In this document: positions 1 to 4,615 of the stretch, piece by piece
Layout of the letters: each line of letters begins with the position of its first letter
How positions within the stretch are numbered: position 1 is the stretch's first letter
Source: a virus
Lineage: Duplodnaviria; Heunggongvirae; Uroviricota; Caudoviricetes
Strand: one strand, 5' to 3'
IMG/VR virus record: IMGVR_UViG_2734482549_000007
Length of the DNA stretch: 4,615 nucleotides
The notes under the pieces: generated by a model
What the model saw: the letters and a program-made list of their open reading frames with translations, nothing else
Databases searched by the model: none
Told to the model about the DNA's origin: nothing
Program-made: the position numbers and the translations under genes

Positions 1-155
1 TTGAACTCTTTAGAGTAACGTTGGGTTTTTCTGCTCATTATTAGCTCCTTCTGATGCCATTCTATTTCAGGAAGGAGTGTCCGTTAAACTCAGGCTACCT
101 CAGGTTATTCGCTTCTGGGCATGGGCGGATCAACAAATGATAGACGGTAATGCAG

Positions 156-178
156 ATTGTAACGCTCGCGGCGTTACA
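156..178. repeat. Perfect dyad TTGTAACGC-N5-GCGTTACAA (iteron- or operator-like site)
   Basis: 9-bp arms that are exact reverse complements around a 5-nt spacer, read directly from the sequence; lies inside the initiator coding region. Confidence 0.5.
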
Positions 179-367
179 AAAAGTGCAATAGATCGCATCA
201 CTTTTATGTCTGGTTTTGCTGATGCGTTAATTCAGGTTGGATGGCTGGTCGAAAATGACGGAGGGCTTTCTCTACCTAACTTTGAACGTCATAACGGAAA
301 AAGCTCTAAAAAAAACGGGCGGTTACAAACGAGCGAGTAACAAAAATACGCGAACTGAAACGAAAAG

Positions 368-386
368 GTAACGCTGCCAGCGTTAC
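368..386. repeat. Perfect dyad GTAACGCTG-C-CAGCGTTAC (second copy of the same GTAACGC motif)
   Basis: 9-bp arms exactly complementary around a single central base; shares the GTAACGC/GCGTTAC core with the 156-178 dyad. A further half-site CGTTAC sits at 404-409 and GTAACG at 15-20. Confidence 0.5.
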
Positions 387-785
387 ACAAACGGATCAAA
401 AAGCGTTACCAGAGGAAGAGGAAGAGGAAGATCTAAATACTGATCTCCCCCTCGCCAAAAACGAGCGTCTAAAAAATTCGAGCCGGAGGCTATTGAGCTG
501 CCCGATTGGTTGCCGGAAACACTCTGGCATGAGTGGGTCCGGTTCAGACAGGCATTGCGAAAACCGATTCGAACGGAGCAGGGCGCTAACGGGGCGATAC
601 GGGAACTGGAAAAATTCCGTCAGCAGGGTTTTACACCTGAGCAGGTGATTCGACACAGCATCGCCAATGAATACCAGGGCCTGTTCGCGCCGAAAGGTGT
701 TCGGCCTGAGACGTTGCTCCGACAGGTTAACACCGTCTCGTTGCCGGACAGTGCGATCCCGCCAGGCTTCAGGGGGTAACGGACC

Positions 786-1493
786 ATGAAAAATATTGCG
801 ACAGGCGGCGTTCTGGAACGCATCCGCCGACTGACCCCGCCACATGTAACCGCCCCATTCAGAACGGTAGCGGAGTGGCGCGAGTGGCAACTTGCTGAAG
901 GCCAGAAACGTAGCGAGGAGATCAACCGCCTGAATCGCCAGTTGCGGGTGGAAAAAATTCTGAATCGCTCAGGCATCCAGCCGTTGCACCGTAAATGCTC
1001 GTTTGCGAATTACCAGGTGCAGAACGACGGCCAGCGATACGCGTTAAGCCAGGCGAAATCCATCGCCGATGAACTGATGACCGGGTGTACAAATTTTGCG
1101 TTCAGCGGAAAACCTGGTACCGGGAAGAATCACTTAGCGGCAGCTATCGGGAATCGCCTGCTGAAAGACGGTCAGACAGTGATTGTGGTTACCGTGGCTG
1201 ATGTTATGAGCGCCCTGCNNNNNNNNNNNNNNNNNNNNNNNNNNNNNNNNNNNNNNNNNNNNNNNNNNNNNNNNNNNNNNNNNNNNNNNNNNNNNNNNNN
1301 NNNNNNNNNNNNNNNNNNNNNNNNNNNNNNNNNNNNNNNNNNNNNNNNNNNNNNNNNNNNNNNNNNNNNNNNNNNNNNNNNNNNNNNNNNNNNNNNNNNN
1401 NNNNNNNNNNNNNNNNNNNNNNNNNNNNNNNNNNNNNNNNNNNNNNNNNNNNNNNNNNNNNNNNNNNNNNNNNNNNNNNNNNNNNNNNNNNNN
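786..1493 (+). CDS. dnaC: DnaC-family replicative helicase loader (AAA+ ATPase), phage-encoded; 3' end lies inside the N-run
   Basis: ATG at 786 preceded by AGGGGG (771-776). The N-terminal 144 aa align by eye with E. coli DnaC: MKN..., ...NRSGI(Q/R)PLH..CSF.NY..., Walker A FSGKPGTGKNHLAAAI, ...V(I/L)..TVAD(V/I)MSA. The frame after the gap (SFRRIYGETF...) does not resemble the DnaC C-terminus, so the stop must be within 1219-1493; the end coordinate is a bound, not an observation. Confidence 0.85.
1219..1493. other. Unresolved sequence (275 N)
   Basis: Run of n characters; interrupts the dnaC-like CDS. Confidence 0.95.
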
Positions 1494-1509
1494 AGTTTCA
1501 GGAGGATTT

Positions 1510-1932
1510 ATGGCGAAACCTTTTACTCCCGAACAGCGGGAAGAACTGAAGACGCGAATTGTGGAACTCGTGCATCAGGACGGTCGGGTCACGATTCGGC
1601 AGTTGTCAGATGAAACAGGTATCAGTCGTGCGTCTGTCGGTCGCTTATGCATAGAACTGGTCGCAAGTGGTGATGTATATAATTCTGGCTACGGCTTATT
1701 CCCGTCTGAACAGGCTCGCAAGGACTGGCAAAGCGCCCGCAAAAAACTCTCGAGAGTAAAGGTGAGGAAACCGGTTGTTGTTGATCCGGACCTTATCTGG
1801 TCATTACCTGACGGAGAAATACGCCGCTACGACAGGCGCCTGAATATAATCTGTCGCGAGTGCCGGAAGAGCGAAGCTATGCAGCGTGTACTGGCTTTCT
1901 ATCAGGGTAATTTTCAGGAGGCGATACTGTGA
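1510..1932 (+). CDS. Hypothetical phage protein with predicted N-terminal winged helix-turn-helix
   Basis: ATG at 1510 with GGAGG at 1501-1505; 140-aa ORF. The segment RVTIRQLSDETGISRASVGRLCIELVASGDV looks like a typical HTH recognition unit; the C-terminal part is basic with a CxxC (CRECRK). Family not recognised. Confidence 0.7.
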   Translation: MAKPFTPEQREELKTRIVELVHQDGRVTIRQLSDETGISRASVGRLCIELVASGDVYNSGYGLFPSEQARKDWQSARKKLSRVKVRKPVVVDPDLIWSLPDGEIRRYDRRLNIICRECRKSEAMQRVLAFYQGNFQEAIL

Positions 1933-1989
1933 ATGAAATTAGCTATCAGGCTTCAATTACCGCTGGCATTCGCATCAAAGGAGAGGAGC

Positions 1990-2346
1990 ATGGAAATAAA
2001 ACCAGAAGATGAGTTAAGCAATATCGTTTTATTTCCGGTAAAAGAGGATGACCCTCGTAATCAGGTTAATTTTCTTTATGAGCCATCGGAAAGACCATAT
2101 TGCCATCACGCCTCTGTACGGGTTGACGAAAAAGAGCGTCAGGTCCGCTGTAAAATCTGCGGTGCGGTTGTGGAGCCGTTTGACTGGATGCTCTCTGTGG
2201 CAAAAAGAGAAACCAGACTGGCAGATGATGTAAGGCTATTGCGCCAGGAGGAACAGGAAAGGCGGAGAAATATAGAAAAGCTGATACAGATTGAGCGTAA
2301 CGCGAAAGCGCGGATACGCAGGGCGACAAAATCCAGAACTGAATAA
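1990..2346 (+). CDS. Hypothetical small protein with putative zinc-ribbon (C-H-H...CxxC) and C-terminal charged coiled-coil
   Basis: ATG 1990 with AAGGAG (1978-1983) at 6-nt spacing. An alternative in-frame ATG at 1933 directly abuts the stop of the upstream gene (TGA 1930-1932) but has a weaker, more distant SD. Motif YCHHASVRVDEKERQVRCKICG; the tail is rich in R/E/Q. Confidence 0.65.
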   Translation: MEIKPEDELSNIVLFPVKEDDPRNQVNFLYEPSERPYCHHASVRVDEKERQVRCKICGAVVEPFDWMLSVAKRETRLADDVRLLRQEEQERRRNIEKLIQIERNAKARIRRATKSRTE

Positions 2347-2493
2347 TTAAATTTAGCACTGTTAAAAATTTAATCCTTAACCGGAGGGATTTCTGCACCC
2401 TCAAATCATCAGGAGACCACCCGAAAGGGCGGGGAGCAGTCACACATCTGTTTCCGATAGCCCCGTTCTAATGCTACACTCTTTGATATTTTT

Positions 2494-3180
2494 ATGACCC
2501 CAATAAACATATTTATGACAGTTGCTGATTTCAAACGGCCCAAATTGGAGCTCCCAAACGGGGCAAACAAACTACTACTGCACTCTTGCTGTGCTCCATG
2601 TTCCGGTGAGGTGATGGAGGCGCTTCAGGCCTCGGGAATCGACTACACCATCTTTTTCTACAACCCGAACATTCATCCTCAGAAAGAGTATTTAATTCGT
2701 AAGGATGAGAATATTCGCTTTGCTGAACAACACGGCGTGCCGTTTATTGATGCTGATTACGACACAGACAACTGGTTTGAACGAGCCAAAGGAATGGAAT
2801 GGGAGCCCGAACGAGGGATCCGTTGCACCATGTGTTTTGACATGCGTTTTGAGCGGACAGCGCTGTACGCCGCTGAAAATGGTTTCAGTGTGATCAGCAG
2901 TTCACTGGGCATTTCACGCTGGAAAAATATGCAGCAGGTTAACGACTGTGGGCGGCGAGCCGTCGCGCATTATCCGGGCATGGTGTACTGGGATTATAAC
3001 TGGCGCAAGCAGGGCGGCTCGTCCCGTATGATTGAAATCAGCAAGCGCGAAAAATTCTATCAGCAGGAATATTGTGGCTGTGTGTATTCTCTGCGCGATA
3101 CCAATCTACACCGCAAATCTCAGGGACGCCCTCTTATCAAAATTGGTCAACTCCACTACGGTAAAGAAGAGAAGGAGTGA
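2494..3180 (+). CDS. queH: Epoxyqueuosine reductase QueH-like protein (DUF208 family)
   Basis: 228-aa ORF containing [11 protein letters not shown] near the N-terminus and EYCGC near the C-terminus, which I recognise as hallmark DUF208/QueH motifs. Start is ATG 2494 or ATG 2515; neither has a clear SD. A possible extended -10 (TGcTACACT, 2472-2480) lies upstream. Identity is from motif memory. Confidence 0.75.
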   Translation: MTPINIFMTVADFKRPKLELPNGANKLLLHSCCAPCSGEVMEALQASGIDYTIFFYNPNIHPQKEYLIRKDENIRFAEQHGVPFIDADYDTDNWFERAKGMEWEPERGIRCTMCFDMRFERTALYAAENGFSVISSSLGISRWKNMQQVNDCGRRAVAHYPGMVYWDYNWRKQGGSSRMIEISKREKFYQQEYCGCVYSLRDTNLHRKSQGRPLIKIGQLHYGKEEKE

Positions 3181-3331
3181 TTTTATGGGGCACCTTTCTG
3201 ATTGATTTCATATTGGCGAGGTAAGTAGAATGACTGCGGGTGCTTGAGGCTATCTGCTTCAGGCATGAACACCAAAAGGCAGATAGAGAAAAGCCCCAGT
3301 TAACATTACGCGTCCGGCAAGACGCTTAACA

Positions 3332-3657
3332 NNNNNNNNNNNNNNNNNNNNNNNNNNNNNNNNNNNNNNNNNNNNNNNNNNNNNNNNNNNNNNNNNNNNN
3401 NNNNNNNNNNNNNNNNNNNNNNNNNNNNNNNNNNNNNNNNNNNNNNNNNNNNNNNNNNNNNNNNNNNNNNNNNNNNNNNNNNNNNNNNNNNNNNNNNNNN
3501 NNNNNNNNNNNNNNNNNNNNNNNNNNNNNNNNNNNNNNNNNNNNNNNNNNNNNNNNNNNNNNNNNNNNNNNNNNNNNNNNNNNNNNNNNNNNNNNNNNNN
3601 NNNNNNNNNNNNNNNNNNNNNNNNNNNNNNNNNNNNNNNNNNNNNNNNNNNNNNNNN
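3332..3657. other. Unresolved sequence (326 N)
   Basis: Run of n characters between the queH-like gene and the terminator. Confidence 0.95.
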
Positions 3658-3701
3658 CGCCCACCTCTGATGTGTCAGGCATCCTCAACGCACCCGCACT
3701 T

Positions 3702-3757
3702 AACCCGCCCATCGCTGTGATCTCTCAGCGTTTCGGCGGGTTTTTTGTTGTTTATTT
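3702..3757 (+). terminator. Putative Rho-independent terminator
   Basis: AACCCGCC (3702-3709) pairs with GGCGGGTT (3735-3742); the loop holds a nested CGCTG/CAGCG stem (3713-3717 / 3726-3730); followed by the T-rich tract TTTTTTGTTGTTTATTT (3741-3757). The loop is long for a canonical terminator. Confidence 0.5.
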
Positions 3758-3766
3758 CCGGTGAAT

Positions 3767-3794
3767 TTGATTCGCGCACCTTCGCAGATAGAAT
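3767..3794 (+). promoter_or_regulatory. Putative sigma70 promoter (-35 TTGATT, 16-bp spacer, -10 TAGAAT)
   Basis: TTGATT at 3767-3772 and TAGAAT at 3789-3794, about 80 bp upstream of the ATG at 3876 and just downstream of the terminator; the -10 overlaps a GCAGATAGA motif copy. Consensus match only. Confidence 0.35.
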
Positions 3795-3875
3795 CGACTC
3801 ACTTAAGTAGCGCGCAGGGAGAAGAGGGATGGACCCCGAACAGGGGAGAGCTATTTATCTGGAAGGATTCTGAAG

Positions 3876-4163
3876 ATGAAAATCGAAGAATTGCGTGAAA
3901 TTTTTAGTGAAAATGGCCTCTATGCTGTGCGCGTTGAGAATGGAGCGATTGTCAGCCATTGCCGCATTAGATGTTTGCAATCTCAACAAAGGAAGAGCGG
4001 TGCTGTGTTATTTTATTTTTGTAATGGACTTCTGACGGACGGTTTTATTTTGCGTGAGGACGAATTTGTCACATCATTACGGGTTTTGAAAGAGATTGGT
4101 TTTAAGGCTGGTTTTCTGCTTTTGCTGAAGAATAAACTCATCTACAATCTTGAGCAGGATTGA
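3876..4163 (+). CDS. Hypothetical small protein (95 aa), AT-rich cargo-like gene
   Basis: ATG 3876 with GGAAGGA (3861-3867) at 8-nt spacing; stop TGA 4161-4163. By eye, clearly more AT-rich than the flanking genes. No family recognised. Confidence 0.6.
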   Translation: MKIEELREIFSENGLYAVRVENGAIVSHCRIRCLQSQQRKSGAVLFYFCNGLLTDGFILREDEFVTSLRVLKEIGFKAGFLLLLKNKLIYNLEQD

Positions 4164-4201
4164 ACTCCTGCTGTGTAACACCGTGCCACCGGAGAAAGCC
4201 G

Positions 4202-4555
4202 ATGGCACATATACAACTGGTCAAACAAACCTCTTCCGGATTACTTCTCCCGGCGACGCCGGAGAGTTGCGATTTTCTGCATCAAATCAAAATAGGTGAG
4301 TGGATACACGCAGACTTTAAGCGTGTGTGTAACTACGCATTCCACAAGCGTTTTTTCAAACTCCTGCAACTGGGTTTCGATTACTGGACTCCGGTCGGTG
4401 GGGCGATCACGCCTCGCGAACGAAAACTGGTGTCCGGTTTCGTTGATTACCTGTGTGAATCAGTAGGCCGGGAACATACGCCAGCTCTGAGCGAAGCCGC
4501 AGAGCAATTGAGGTGTACTGGCAATAGCGGACACTACCATTTGTTCTTTTTTTAA
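4202..4555 (+). CDS. Conserved lambdoid nin-region protein, DUF1367-like; possibly truncated by a frameshift at a T7 run
   Basis: ATG 4202 with GGAGA (4191-4195) at 6-nt spacing; the TTG at 4160 listed in the ORF track is unlikely to be the start. The N-terminus MAHIQLVKQTSSGLLLPATPE...FHKRFFKLLQLGFDYWTPVGG resembles DUF1367 proteins as I remember them. The ORF stops right after TTTTTTT (4547-4553) while the -1 frame stays open to the window end. Confidence 0.55.
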   Translation: MAHIQLVKQTSSGLLLPATPESCDFLHQIKIGEWIHADFKRVCNYAFHKRFFKLLQLGFDYWTPVGGAITPRERKLVSGFVDYLCESVGREHTPALSEAAEQLRCTGNSGHYHLFFF

Positions 4556-4615
4556 GCAGCCATCTGATGATATTTTTCCCTGAAGGCTGCCGGGGAGATA
4601 TTCCCCAGACGAGAG

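Larger units (their letters stand above)
77..779 (+). pseudogene. Replication initiator (lambda O / YdaU-like) with C-terminal DnaT-like domain; reading frame apparently broken twice
   Basis: Three consecutive open segments in frames 2, 1 and 3 (77-340, about 310-470, 444-779). Segments 2 and 3 contain no ATG; the listed start at 510 is TTG with no Shine-Dalgarno. The frame switches coincide with an A8 run (308-315) and an A6 run (471-476). The last segment ends ...NTVSLPDSAIPPGFRG and carries an LPDWLP motif, matching from memory the C-terminus of E. coli DnaT (...NTVSEPDSQIPPGFRG). The true start is uncertain (GTG 77 overlaps its own SD; ATG 137 is the only in-frame ATG). Confidence 0.6.

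Noticed and set aside
412-429. (GAGGAA)x3 tandem repeat as a CRISPR or VNTR-like element
   Set aside because: Only three 6-bp units, in-frame and encoding a poly-Glu linker; not a CRISPR array (no spacers, repeat far too short).
510-779. DnaT-like segment as an independent gene starting at TTG 510
   Set aside because: No ATG anywhere in the frame, no SD before the TTG, and the frame is open upstream to 444; better explained as the C-terminal part of a frameshifted initiator gene.
396-890. Minus-strand ORF of 164 aa (and the overlapping minus-strand ORF 620-976)
   Set aside because: Antisense to the DnaT-like and DnaC-like coding region whose homology is clear; low-complexity translation (SSSSSSS comes from the GAGGAA repeat); no convincing SD. 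Judged to be shadow ORFs.
2048-2233. Small + strand ORF (61 aa) nested in another frame, and likewise 2705-2893
   Set aside because: Fully embedded in alternative frames of better-supported genes (zinc-ribbon protein, QueH-like); no RBS.
2066-2443. Minus-strand ORF of 125 aa
   Set aside because: Antisense to the zinc-ribbon gene, which has a strong SD and a sensible motif; no start signals of its own.
2347-2493. Possible preQ1 riboswitch or terminator upstream of the queH-like gene
   Set aside because: Only short GAGGG/CCCTC and CCC-GAAA-GGG hairpins with no T-tract and no recognisable preQ1 aptamer pattern; insufficient evidence.
3181-3331. tRNA or small protein gene between the queH-like gene and the gap
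   Set aside because: Only 6 to 15 codon ORFs and no cloverleaf-compatible arms found by eye; the stem-loop at 3250-3286 is reported as a motif instead.
3326-3712. Minus-strand ORF of 128 aa spanning the N-run
   Set aside because: Almost entirely made of translated N; only 18 real residues, no clear SD, and its start overlaps the terminator stem. It cannot be supported, although a real gene inside the gap cannot be excluded.
4160-4201. TTG start at 4160 for the DUF1367-like ORF
   Set aside because: ATG 4202 has a well-spaced GGAGA SD, whereas the TTG overlaps the preceding stop with no SD; the N-terminal extension MNSCCVTPCHRRKP looks like translated leader.

Overview
The window reads as the early-right (replication plus nin-like) region of a lambdoid, Rac-like enterobacterial prophage. 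All supported genes lie on the + strand in one co-directional block: a replication initiator with a DnaT-like C-terminal domain (reading frame broken twice at poly-A runs), a DnaC-family helicase loader, two small tightly linked proteins (winged-HTH; zinc-ribbon/coiled-coil), a QueH-like (DUF208) epoxyqueuosine reductase homolog, then an intrinsic terminator, a sigma70-like promoter, an AT-rich small ORF and a DUF1367-like protein. Two N-runs (1219-1493 and 3332-3657) hide the 3' end of the dnaC-like gene and about 326 bp downstream of the queH-like gene. No rRNA, tRNA or CRISPR array is visible in the resolved sequence. The most notable observations are a tRNA-modification enzyme embedded among phage early genes, GTAACGC dyad repeats inside the initiator gene (possible origin), a recurring GCAGATAG motif around the masked gap that overlaps the -10 of the downstream promoter, and three homopolymer-associated frame breaks. 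All protein identities rest on motifs recognised by eye, not on a database search, and need HMM/BLAST confirmation.
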